64,000 nt of DNA, from the IMG/VR virus record IMGVR_UViG_3300043399_000509; one strand, 5' to 3'. Positions 18,333 through 26,908 of the stretch are shown here, piece by piece. The position numbers and the translations under genes were made by a program. Numbering within the stretch: the stretch's first letter is position 1; each line of letters starts with the position of its first letter. This DNA comes from a virus. The notes under the pieces are model-generated. The model was not told the origin of the DNA. It made no database searches and was given only the letters and a program-made list of their open reading frames with translations.

Positions 18333-18613
18333 CTACAAGTTCCACAACCACAATCACTCTTTTCATAATCGTCAGTTGTTTCTGTTTTTTTATGTGGGTT
18401 CAAATGAATAGAATCATCACCCTTGAGTACCAACTTTTCCTTGGCATGAATCTCAATGTTATCAGCATTGAAGTTCATTTTTTCCGATTCAAATCTCATT
18501 TCTTTAGCACCTACTACATCAACTGTGCCATCAGGATTGATAGTAACCGTAACACCATAGGCACTAAGAACTTCTTTTGAAGGTACCAAATATCGTAGAT
18601 TAGACTTTGGCAT
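18320..18613 (-). CDS. Hypothetical protein resembling a gp5/VgrG C-terminal beta-strand repeat, with Cys-rich tail
   Basis: Alternating beta repeats ending KGDDSIHLN, then CGCGTCRC. Confidence 0.5.
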   Translation of the reverse strand: MPKSNLRYLVPSKEVLSAYGVTVTINPDGTVDVVGAKEMRFESEKMNFNADNIEIHAKEKLVLKGDDSIHLNPHKKTETTDDYEKSDCGCGTCRCGS

Positions 18614-19121
18614 CTGCTTTTACTCCGGTTGAACCAAGACCGCCAACTCTATCTGTTCTTTGCTTTGGGGCCTCTGTTGTTTCTTCAATGATATATGAAA
18701 GACTTTTCACAAGTTCTGCCTGTGCAATTCTATCGCCATTTGAGATTCTAACCTTATTGCTTGATGTATTCTTTAGAATGATGAATGTTTCCTGGAAATA
18801 GTCTGAGTCAATCACAGCTTCAAGATTGGCAAGGACAATACCCTGCTTATATGAAAGACCAGATCGTGGATGAATACGAACAGAATGTCCTTTTGGAATA
18901 TCAAAGATAAGTCCTGTTGGAACAAGAACTCGGTCTCCAGGCATAATGGTTATTTCATTGTTACTGGTAAGCAAACCTTCAAAAGGTGTGTTTGTTTCTT
19001 TATATCCATTGTATGTCTGCTTACCAAAAAACTGGGCAGCAATATCAAAACATGCTGCTTCCTGTGTAGCAAATGATGGTAACTTGACTTCAGGATGAGT
19101 TTTATAAATCTTCAGTTTCAT
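18600..19121 (-). CDS. dut: Trimeric dUTPase
   Basis: AACFDI, VPTGL, PRSGL, VIDSDY, GDRIAQ and RVGGLGSTG. Confidence 0.93.
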   Translation of the reverse strand: MKLKIYKTHPEVKLPSFATQEAACFDIAAQFFGKQTYNGYKETNTPFEGLLTSNNEITIMPGDRVLVPTGLIFDIPKGHSVRIHPRSGLSYKQGIVLANLEAVIDSDYFQETFIILKNTSSNKVRISNGDRIAQAELVKSLSYIIEETTEAPKQRTDRVGGLGSTGVKADAKV

Positions 19122-19151
19122 TCATTTCTCCATAATAAAGTTTATGTATAG

Positions 19152-20495
19152 TTAAGTTATTTCTTCCCAATCAATAGTGGCAAAAATATCATCACCAGCC
19201 TTTGATGTCTGTGCCGCAATCATAAAGACTGTGTTAGTTCCATTGAAAGAGTTTCTTTCAAGCTGATATTTAAATAGTCCATCTCCAAGTTTTACTGGTG
19301 TTGATGCTTGGTTTGTCACAGTCACAAATCCAGAAACAAAGTCTGTGCCTCCTGTAAATGAGGCAGCATTGATATTATACTGAACCGATGAATCTGTTCC
19401 TCCACTTATCCACAATCCACCCGTAACATCGGCACCGACAACAACCTTATACTTTACGACTGAACCAGAAGCAGACGCAGCCGCAATATTTACATCCTTG
19501 GGAATAACAATAGCACCATCCCGTTCAGATTTCAAGCGAATACATACCACTGGATACCAAGTATCTGCTGATGCCAGATCATAACCTGTGTTCGCACCAT
19601 GACCAACCGATCTTGGACGACCTCTTAGGTCATAACCACCCTCTGAAATGACTGATGCACAAACAATACGAAGATTGCTGGCATTACTAGTGTTAGCGGT
19701 GTTCTGAATCTCTGCACGAACTGGTAAGCAGGCTGTTCCCATATAAGGAGCATCAAGAATATTGGCGTGATGGAATGAATGACAATGAATCAATCTACCG
19801 TTGATAACAAAGCCACACCGAACTGAACCCATACCAAGCCATTCAATATCAATAAACATGATCTGGGCCTTTGACATATCCAAAGTAAGACCAGATGGAT
19901 TACGATTTTGAACGGGCTGACCTTCAGTCCATGCACCTGTATTTGTGCCGTCAAGAGTATCAATATTCCAGTCAGCCTTGGCTACACGGATTTCCTGAAC
20001 TGTACCATTTGAGTTTGTGCGTTTCACAAAATAAAGATTGTGTCCGTCCTGCTCAATAAAGATACCGTTCTGTGTTCCAAAGTATCCATATCTTTGTCTC
20101 AGGCCAGTCTGGGCTGGTGCCATGACATAGGTCTGTAGAATCTGTAGAGACTTACCGGGCTGATATGCAAACACACGAGAAGACTCACGATAGACATAGG
20201 CACCATTTGATGTGCCAAGTGAGCAAATGATTGATGATGAGTTGGCATCATGTCTATAAGAACTATCAAAAGCAGAGTTGGCAGTATTGATCCTACCATT
20301 ATCCTGATAACGGTGGAAGGAATCAAAGAGAGTTAGTGGTTGTGAAATTCTGGCTCGACCGAAAGCATCAACAGCCATACCTGATGGATTTGCTCCACCA
20401 ATAACATTACCGTACTGATCTGCCAACATGACAGTTTCAAATAGGGTTTTTTCTTGTGGTAAGAACTGGTTGGTGTCTTTACGATACTGTGCCAT
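19152..20495 (-). CDS. Conserved virion structural protein (beta-rich)
   Basis: DAFGRARIS...YQPGKS...DIEWLGMGSVRCGF...SVISEGG...DWEEI family, common in T4-like phages. Confidence 0.6.
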   Translation of the reverse strand: MAQYRKDTNQFLPQEKTLFETVMLADQYGNVIGGANPSGMAVDAFGRARISQPLTLFDSFHRYQDNGRINTANSAFDSSYRHDANSSSIICSLGTSNGAYVYRESSRVFAYQPGKSLQILQTYVMAPAQTGLRQRYGYFGTQNGIFIEQDGHNLYFVKRTNSNGTVQEIRVAKADWNIDTLDGTNTGAWTEGQPVQNRNPSGLTLDMSKAQIMFIDIEWLGMGSVRCGFVINGRLIHCHSFHHANILDAPYMGTACLPVRAEIQNTANTSNASNLRIVCASVISEGGYDLRGRPRSVGHGANTGYDLASADTWYPVVCIRLKSERDGAIVIPKDVNIAAASASGSVVKYKVVVGADVTGGLWISGGTDSSVQYNINAASFTGGTDFVSGFVTVTNQASTPVKLGDGLFKYQLERNSFNGTNTVFMIAAQTSKAGDDIFATIDWEEIT

Positions 20496-20496
20496 T

Positions 20497-21210
20497 TTAT
20501 TCCGCTACCTTTTTGAGTTTGGCTTGTTTGCCCTGAACATGTATTCCACTAAACTCCACACCAGGATGAAGTTCTCGTAATGTTTGTCCTGATGGATTTG
20601 CTGCAACACCATGGATCGATGTGACATTTGCTGGATGATCATCATAACCTACAACCTTTTTGATTGTATGTCCTTGAGCACCAAGCCTACGAATAACCTT
20701 GTTTAGAGTTCGGGCTTTGTTTACATGGGTTGGATTCTTACCTTCATTGCCTGCTCTATGAAGATGAATCTTATCCATATCAAGACCCATTTGTTTCAAA
20801 GAACCAAGAAGAATATGGGGTTGCTGCATATCTGATCTGGCAGTAATGATATGGACATGATGGCCAGCATCAACAAGCCTTTGAGCATGACGGATCATCT
20901 TATGAATAGGAGAAGCAGACTCAGCAAACTTTTTAGAACTTGCAAACTCGCTGTAATCATATGAATGTCCTGGTTTTAGCTTATGGCTATTGTAACCGGA
21001 AGTAGAAAGAGTTTCTACTCTCTTACCATTCTCATCTTTCACATGAATCTTGGCACCTTTTTCTGGATCGTGATGGACGAGTGTATCATCCATATCAAAC
21101 CAGTGAAGATGTTCCTCTGGCTTTACTCCACCTTCAGGCTTGGTATACATGGCCTGAGTTAGTTTCTTCCTCAAAGATTCTTCTTCTAAAAATGCCTTGA
21201 ATGTTAGCAT
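20497..21210 (-). CDS. HAD-fold protein with a T4-like capsid-targeting N-terminus
   Basis: MLTFKAFLEEE leader; HAD motifs FDMDDTL, IITAR, K and YDD. Confidence 0.65.
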   Translation of the reverse strand: MLTFKAFLEEESLRKKLTQAMYTKPEGGVKPEEHLHWFDMDDTLVHHDPEKGAKIHVKDENGKRVETLSTSGYNSHKLKPGHSYDYSEFASSKKFAESASPIHKMIRHAQRLVDAGHHVHIITARSDMQQPHILLGSLKQMGLDMDKIHLHRAGNEGKNPTHVNKARTLNKVIRRLGAQGHTIKKVVGYDDHPANVTSIHGVAANPSGQTLRELHPGVEFSGIHVQGKQAKLKKVAE

Positions 21211-21621
21211 TTAGGATGCTTCCCTTTTCTTTTTGCCTATTGTGTATTTCTGCACCAAGTTCCATTCACCCTTTTCTTTATGAGAGATAATCTTGATTTG
21301 TGAAATAGGGACTGTTGGTGATTTGCTTTTTTCCTCATCAACAAGATCAACCAATTCCCATTCGTGAAGAAGATTGGCTATTGTATTTCTTCGGGCCACA
21401 TCTTCTTCTGTAAAATCAGAACTCTTTCCATCCAATAAAAATAACTCTTTAAAATGAAGAATGTAATACTTAGATTGTTTGTGTAGAATATGACAGCTTT
21501 GATATAGTGTCTTTTCTTTACGTGAAGAAATTCCAATCCTGGACAGTGTTTCTCTCACCTTTAGAAAGTCATCAGGCTCTACGAGTTTCACTTCTATTAG
21601 TTCGTTTAGATTCAATGCCAT
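21211..21621 (-). CDS. regA: Translational repressor RegA
   Basis: DDFLKVRETLSRIGI, LYQSCHILHK, HFKELF and RRNTIA. Confidence 0.96.
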   Translation of the reverse strand: MALNLNELIEVKLVEPDDFLKVRETLSRIGISSRKEKTLYQSCHILHKQSKYYILHFKELFLLDGKSSDFTEEDVARRNTIANLLHEWELVDLVDEEKSKSPTVPISQIKIISHKEKGEWNLVQKYTIGKKKREAS

Positions 21622-21997
21622 TATTCAATCCACCCTTATGTATCCTTTTTCTTAGGTCATCGACTTGTTCTTTCGATAGCAAGGTCATAACAACTCTGGC
21701 TTTCTCGTCCGAGTATTTATAATACTCTTTGATAACCTCTAGGTCTTCTACCTTTTCCCTTTTGAGCCATTTTTGATATGGTCTTTTGTAAGGTCTGACT
21801 ATATTTAGCAAATAAGAATATTGCATGGTTTTATCAGTATTGGGTAGCATATTCATTTGATTAGCATACATAACACAATCCATATGTTGTGAAAGAGCCT
21901 TATTCACAACATATGGAACATAGTCTTTTTCATTATCAAGACAAGGTTTCTTGGTCTGTAGAATAGAGGGAATAAGTTCTTTGAATAGGTCTGTCAT
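21572..21997 (-). CDS. gp62: Clamp loader small subunit (gp62)
   Basis: YVPYVVNKALSQHMDCVMYANQMN...IKEYYKYSDEKA...KGG; start taken at MTDLF. Confidence 0.9.
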   Translation of the reverse strand: MTDLFKELIPSILQTKKPCLDNEKDYVPYVVNKALSQHMDCVMYANQMNMLPNTDKTMQYSYLLNIVRPYKRPYQKWLKREKVEDLEVIKEYYKYSDEKARVVMTLLSKEQVDDLRKRIHKGGLNNGIESKRTNRSETRRA

Positions 21998-22883
21998 TTT
22001 TATCACTATCCAATCTTGATGAGTATAATAAAATCTCTTTAGCTTTTTTAGCTTCTTTTTTACCATCACTAGTTGTTGATCTTCTACCAGCAGTATAAAC
22101 TATATCATACATCTCGTGATGGAGTCCTCCCATATTATCTTCATAGAATGAATCATTTGTATCTCTATTACAATAATAGACTAGATGACCTTCATTATCA
22201 GCCTTCTTAGAAAAATCAATCAGTTTTTTGTGATCATCGTCTGTAAAAGTTTGGCCGTATTGAGTATACGAGTTTCTATAGGGTGGGTCAAAAAAGAAAA
22301 AACATTTTCCTTTTAGTTTTGAGCAACAGTCTTTCCAATCTCCAGAATAAATATCAACATTTTGAAGAAACTCGTGCCATTCTATAACATTTCTCTTGTC
22401 ATAAACATGGTTTTTTTGGTTTAACAAACCTGCTGGTGTTGCAAATCTCCCATTAGAATCTTTCATTGTTTGAAAGATTCCATTGAATGCAGTCTTCATC
22501 AAAAAGTATAGAGTAGCAGACTCTTTTGTTGGAGTGAGTGTAGTGTAGTGTTTAGTGTAAATATCTCTTATTTCATAAAAGAATGCCTTGCGGTCAGTTT
22601 TATTCAATGACAAATATTTGTTTGACAGGATATCACAATCTTCAATAAAACTTTGTACATCATTTTTAATCGTTCTATAAAGATTCATAATCTCGGTATT
22701 GATATCATTAATAACAAACTTTACTCCTGAAGGTCTTTTTGATGCAATATGAATCGTCATCGCCCCACCACCAAAGAATGGTTCAACATATGTATCATAA
22801 TCTTGATATGGGATACCAGGAGATATTTGATACTTGATGATCATTTTGTTCTTACCGCCTGCCCACATATACAATGGCTTCAT
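21936..22883 (-). CDS. dam: Dam/D12-class DNA adenine methyltransferase
   Basis: WAGGK, YVEPFFGGGA, INDIN and FFDPPY. Confidence 0.88.
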   Translation of the reverse strand: MKPLYMWAGGKNKMIIKYQISPGIPYQDYDTYVEPFFGGGAMTIHIASKRPSGVKFVINDINTEIMNLYRTIKNDVQSFIEDCDILSNKYLSLNKTDRKAFFYEIRDIYTKHYTTLTPTKESATLYFLMKTAFNGIFQTMKDSNGRFATPAGLLNQKNHVYDKRNVIEWHEFLQNVDIYSGDWKDCCSKLKGKCFFFFDPPYRNSYTQYGQTFTDDDHKKLIDFSKKADNEGHLVYYCNRDTNDSFYEDNMGGLHHEMYDIVYTAGRRSTTSDGKKEAKKAKEILLYSSRLDSDKNDRPIQRTYSLYSTDQETLS

Positions 22884-23443
22884 TCGAGTCCACTTTCTGT
22901 TATTACATTTATCATATATTGCTTTATTTCTTCTCTAGTAAATCCGACAGGACTAATAATCCAAGACTGACCATATTTATAAAGGATGTTTGTTTTTTTA
23001 TTGTTATCTTCCATCATTAAAAATGTTTTTGCGAAACGAGTACAATAAGAATCTTCATCAAATCCTTCACGGGAACCAAATGTTACATAACGAATATTTC
23101 CAAAAAGATATTTTGAGATACTATAATTTTTTGACCATCTTTCAATAGCATTACCACCCCTACCCTGCTTTTTGGCTTCAAAAATGCCCACTACATTACC
23201 ATTTTTATACCAAATGCCCCCATCTGGCACAAATCCTATTTCAATACCTTTACTCTTGAGTAAAGATTTATCAAGAGATTTAGAATATGTATACCCAAGA
23301 TGGGAAATTTCTTTATATATTTCTTCTCTAAGTTCTTTTAATGTACTATCCAAAGATTTGGCATGAATATCAGTCGCAACTGTTCCTTTTTGGATGCCTC
23401 CTTTAAATATATCATCTCTTTGAGATGCAGTTTCCATTTTCAA
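22880..23443 (-). CDS. EcoRI-family restriction endonuclease-like protein
   Basis: PDGG...EAKKQG catalytic PD-(D/E)xK motif and GNAIERWSKN, matching EcoRI GNAIERSHKN. Confidence 0.7.
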   Translation of the reverse strand: MKMETASQRDDIFKGGIQKGTVATDIHAKSLDSTLKELREEIYKEISHLGYTYSKSLDKSLLKSKGIEIGFVPDGGIWYKNGNVVGIFEAKKQGRGGNAIERWSKNYSISKYLFGNIRYVTFGSREGFDEDSYCTRFAKTFLMMEDNNKKTNILYKYGQSWIISPVGFTREEIKQYMINVITESGLE

Positions 23444-23447
23444 TTTC

Positions 23448-24386
23448 CTATTTTATCTCACATTCAACCATGATTTCTGTTAGACATGCAACCATGTTGA
23501 TCTCTTGGTCTGCCACAAATGCAGCCTGATACTGATACTTACCCAAGATCACCACTGCAATAGGAATACTATCAGGTTTTAGGTATTCTGTCAAGCCCTC
23601 GTATATCTTACGAAAAATCCTAGAAGAATCAATATCAGAGTTCATCACAACCCATTTACGCATTGCTGTGAAGTCTTTGTTCTTAATGCTCTTAATGAGT
23701 TCATCCAAGTTTCGAACATTGCTGATCTGTGCCAGAACACCAGCATCAATGTTTCCGCCCGATGCATATCGTTGAATTTCATTTAGAGTACGACGATAAT
23801 CAGGAAAGAACTTTTCAACGATCTTTACAAGAACAGTCTTATCATATGTGATATTCTCTGTTGATAGAATTGTCATAAGACGCTTTAGAAAAGCCAAGGC
23901 CATCTTCGGCTTCTCATCCGATTTCAATGTAAAGTCAATAACAGAACATCTGGAATGCAAGGCATCAATCAAACGGGACTTGAAGTTACATGTAAGAATG
24001 AACGAACAGTTTGTTGAAAACTCCTCAATAGCACCACGTAGGGCAGCCTGTGCTTCTGGTGTGATATAGTCTGCCTCATCAAGAATGATGACCTTACGTC
24101 CACCAGATATTGAAACAGTGGATGCGTAGGACTTGATCTTGACACGCAGGGTATCAATACCTCGCTCATCAGAAGAGTTGATGAAAAGAGGATTGATACC
24201 TAGTTCATTACACATGGCCAGGGCAATAGTAGTCTTACCCACACCTGCTGTTCCTGTCAGCATCAGGTTTGGAATATTTCCTGATTTGACATATGACTCA
24301 AATGTATTTTTTAGACGGTCAGGTAAAATACAATCGGCCACTTTATGTGGCCGATATTTTTCTACAAAAAGATATTCCTCAGTCAT
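23448..24386 (-). CDS. gp44: Clamp loader large subunit (gp44)
   Basis: EKYRP, GTAGVGKT, ILDEAD, HSRC and FPDYRR. Confidence 0.96.
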   Translation of the reverse strand: MTEEYLFVEKYRPHKVADCILPDRLKNTFESYVKSGNIPNLMLTGTAGVGKTTIALAMCNELGINPLFINSSDERGIDTLRVKIKSYASTVSISGGRKVIILDEADYITPEAQAALRGAIEEFSTNCSFILTCNFKSRLIDALHSRCSVIDFTLKSDEKPKMALAFLKRLMTILSTENITYDKTVLVKIVEKFFPDYRRTLNEIQRYASGGNIDAGVLAQISNVRNLDELIKSIKNKDFTAMRKWVVMNSDIDSSRIFRKIYEGLTEYLKPDSIPIAVVILGKYQYQAAFVADQEINMVACLTEIMVECEIK

Positions 24387-24643
24387 TACGATAGAACCTC
24401 GTTATAAAACGTCTCAAATGCATCATTCTGTTCAACCTCATCCTTGAAGTTGGCCTTATGATACACCTTGGCTAGTCGCCGCACAACCTTTTTATCGAGT
24501 GTTAGTTCTTCAGTTACCTTGTTGATAATCTCTTTTTGTAGATCACGCTCTGCTTCAATGCGTGTCATGGAGTTTGACATTTCCTGAATTGCATCACGCA
24601 GCTTCTTACGATCTTCAGTTGATAGTGAGTTCACAGTTGACAT
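24386..24643 (-). CDS. dsbA: dsDNA-binding protein (T4 DsbA / GapR-like)
   Basis: LRDAIQEMSNSMTRIEAERD...KKVVRRLAKVYHK...FETFY. Confidence 0.7.
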   Translation of the reverse strand: MSTVNSLSTEDRKKLRDAIQEMSNSMTRIEAERDLQKEIINKVTEELTLDKKVVRRLAKVYHKANFKDEVEQNDAFETFYNEVLS

Positions 24644-24656
24644 GATATATTATCTC

Positions 24657-25316
24657 CTACTTAATCGCTTCGAACGCATTGAAGTATGTGATCTTCCGTG
24701 TCTTGGATTTGAACCGGGCAAACATAGGAAGCTTGATATCTACAGTATAATCATCAGATAGTAGTTTGATATTCTCGGTTTTGATAGTAGCAATAAAATC
24801 ATCACCTGAATATTCACCAATACTTGTCTTTGCACTGTTACATGTATCATCCTTACGGTCATGAACAATAAGTGTGAGTTCACCATTCTTACCCTGAACA
24901 GAAAGATGTGGTAGATTGTTCATTGACGCAATACGCAGAAGTTTTGTTAGAGTTGCCTTTGGTAGATCAAAAGACACATTTGGATTTTGAACAGTTAGAC
25001 TCTTATCCTCGGGTGGTGTCTTGATCAACTCAGGACTACATGCATAGTAGGTTAGATTTAGAGAACCATCATCAAGAGTAACCTTCTTATCATCAAAGGT
25101 TAGCTCTGGTGAGTTTAAGGCTGAGATATTTCCAATAAAATGATTTAGGTCATACACAGCAAACTTGGATGGAAAGGTATCCTCAAACTCAGCCTCAGCC
25201 ATGATGCTATGATCTTCTGAGATTGTCTTTTGAATATTACCCTTTAGAAAAACAACACCTGTATTGATCGTGGAAAAGTTCTTCATTACAGTCATAGTAT
25301 AGTCGCTTAGTTTCAT
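24657..25316 (-). CDS. gp45: Sliding clamp (gp45)
   Basis: MKLSDYTMTVMKNFSTINTG...FAVYDLNHF...ENIKLL..DY.V; upstream of gp44. Confidence 0.94.
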   Translation of the reverse strand: MKLSDYTMTVMKNFSTINTGVVFLKGNIQKTISEDHSIMAEAEFEDTFPSKFAVYDLNHFIGNISALNSPELTFDDKKVTLDDGSLNLTYYACSPELIKTPPEDKSLTVQNPNVSFDLPKATLTKLLRIASMNNLPHLSVQGKNGELTLIVHDRKDDTCNSAKTSIGEYSGDDFIATIKTENIKLLSDDYTVDIKLPMFARFKSKTRKITYFNAFEAIK

Positions 25317-25332
25317 ATCAAATCTCCTTGAC

Positions 25333-25968
25333 TTATTTGTTCACATTACCACATCCACGGAATACAGTCAACATATATTCGATGTTGGTTTCAAGTTGTT
25401 CCTTTGATCCATCATTGTATAAATGATAGTGGAAGTGCTGCCCAATCCAGGCCCATTCAGAAAGATGAATGTCTGGATGCCTTTTGTACATTTCAAACTT
25501 TTCACTTATGTTATGATCATATGCTGTGTCGTACCATTCAGGATCAGGACCACGAATAACACGGACCACAAATCCACCCTTTCTTTTGATGAAATCAATC
25601 TCATTTGGAAATCTCACATCAGTGATGACAACATTTTCTATACCATCAATCTTGCGTTCCAAAGAATCAATCCAGATATTGTTCCCCAGAACATCACGAC
25701 AAGCCTCTGTTCCAAAGAACTGTAATGCCCATCGTGGAGTTATTTCACGCCTGAACTTGGCACTCCAGAATGCATCTGCTTTTTCTCTAAAGGCTCTACT
25801 TTCATCTGTATCACCTTCCAAAAGGTGCCGTGGCCATCCAAAGATGGAAGCCACAGCGTCTTTTAGATTATCAGCAAATGCTACTTTTTGAAAGCCAAAC
25901 TTTGATACAAGAACATCACCTGCGGTCCCTTTCCCCGAACCAGCAAAACCAACAACACCTAGTATCAT
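25333..25968 (-). CDS. gp1: Deoxynucleoside monophosphate kinase (gp1)
   Basis: GFAGSGKGT, AFADNLK, TPRWALQFFGTE, ITDVRFPNE and HLSE. Confidence 0.92.
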   Translation of the reverse strand: MILGVVGFAGSGKGTAGDVLVSKFGFQKVAFADNLKDAVASIFGWPRHLLEGDTDESRAFREKADAFWSAKFRREITPRWALQFFGTEACRDVLGNNIWIDSLERKIDGIENVVITDVRFPNEIDFIKRKGGFVVRVIRGPDPEWYDTAYDHNISEKFEMYKRHPDIHLSEWAWIGQHFHYHLYNDGSKEQLETNIEYMLTVFRGCGNVNK

Positions 25969-25977
25969 ATCAACCTC

Positions 25978-26796
25978 TTATAGCGAACCAGTTAATGATG
26001 CGATTCTTGGCATATCACCAGGGAACTCATAAGTTCCAATGTGGCCAGTCTTCATCCAAGGACACAACCAAACCTTACCGCCAATGGCTCTCCAATACTG
26101 ACAGAACATATAGTCTTCACTCAAGTATCGATGTGAATCTGGATCAATGATTGTATCAAAGAATGCATGGATATATCTTGAACCATCAAAGTTGGCTTGG
26201 CCGATATGATCTGGCTTATAGTTTAGATGTGGATATTCTTCCTTGAACTTTTCAAAGACTTCACGCTTCACCATCATAAAGCCTGTACCGATTTCCATAA
26301 CTTCTAGTGGTTCGGTTACTTTAAACTGTTTTGTGCCAGGAACAGGATTGAAAACATAGTCACCTGTCAGTCCAGATAAATCTGATGGATTCCATTTTGA
26401 ATCATCAAAGTTGGGATCAGCAAGAACTTTCTTTGAAGCCTTCCATACCTGATTCCAATTTAAACTCTTTTTTGGATAGGGTGCACCAACAATTTCTTTG
26501 TCGAGTGCCAGGAGTGCCAGGACATCCTCTGGATTGAAATGAATGTCTGAGTCGATAAAAAGTAGATGTGTGAAACCAGAACGTAGAAACTCGTCTACCA
26601 GATAGTTTCTTGCTCGGGTGATTAGGCTTTCATTGAATAGGAATGAGAATCGAATCTCAATACCATACTTCATTGCAACTGTTTGAAGGTCGAGGCAGGA
26701 CTTCATATAAAGTCCGTGGTTGAAGCCACCATACATAGGTGTCGCAATAAACAACTTACACTTCCTTAGGTCTTCAACTTTGATAGATAGTTCCAT
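25978..26796 (-). CDS. GT-A fold glycosyltransferase-like protein
   Basis: LFIATPMYGG, ESLITRARN, FIDSD, GTGFM and SEDYMFC. Confidence 0.7.
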   Translation of the reverse strand: MELSIKVEDLRKCKLFIATPMYGGFNHGLYMKSCLDLQTVAMKYGIEIRFSFLFNESLITRARNYLVDEFLRSGFTHLLFIDSDIHFNPEDVLALLALDKEIVGAPYPKKSLNWNQVWKASKKVLADPNFDDSKWNPSDLSGLTGDYVFNPVPGTKQFKVTEPLEVMEIGTGFMMVKREVFEKFKEEYPHLNYKPDHIGQANFDGSRYIHAFFDTIIDPDSHRYLSEDYMFCQYWRAIGGKVWLCPWMKTGHIGTYEFPGDMPRIASLTGSL

Positions 26797-26857
26797 ACTA
26801 CACATTCTCCATTCTGTATCATTATATCGGGAGTGCCATCCCGCTAGTATATATGTG

Positions 26858-26891
26858 CGAAAATAGGGCCAGCGGTTTGCCAGCCCTATTT
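26858..26891 (-). terminator. Probable terminator after the AAA ATPase
   Basis: AAATAGGGC...GCCCTATTT inverted repeat, with TTTT at the base on the minus strand. Confidence 0.55.
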
Positions 26892-26908
26892 CTTTTAGAC
26901 TTTATTTC

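Noticed and set aside
26828-26843. Small CGGGA/TCCCG hairpin in the leader of the GT-like gene
   Set aside because: A 5-bp stem that does not cover the RBS is too weak to assign a function.
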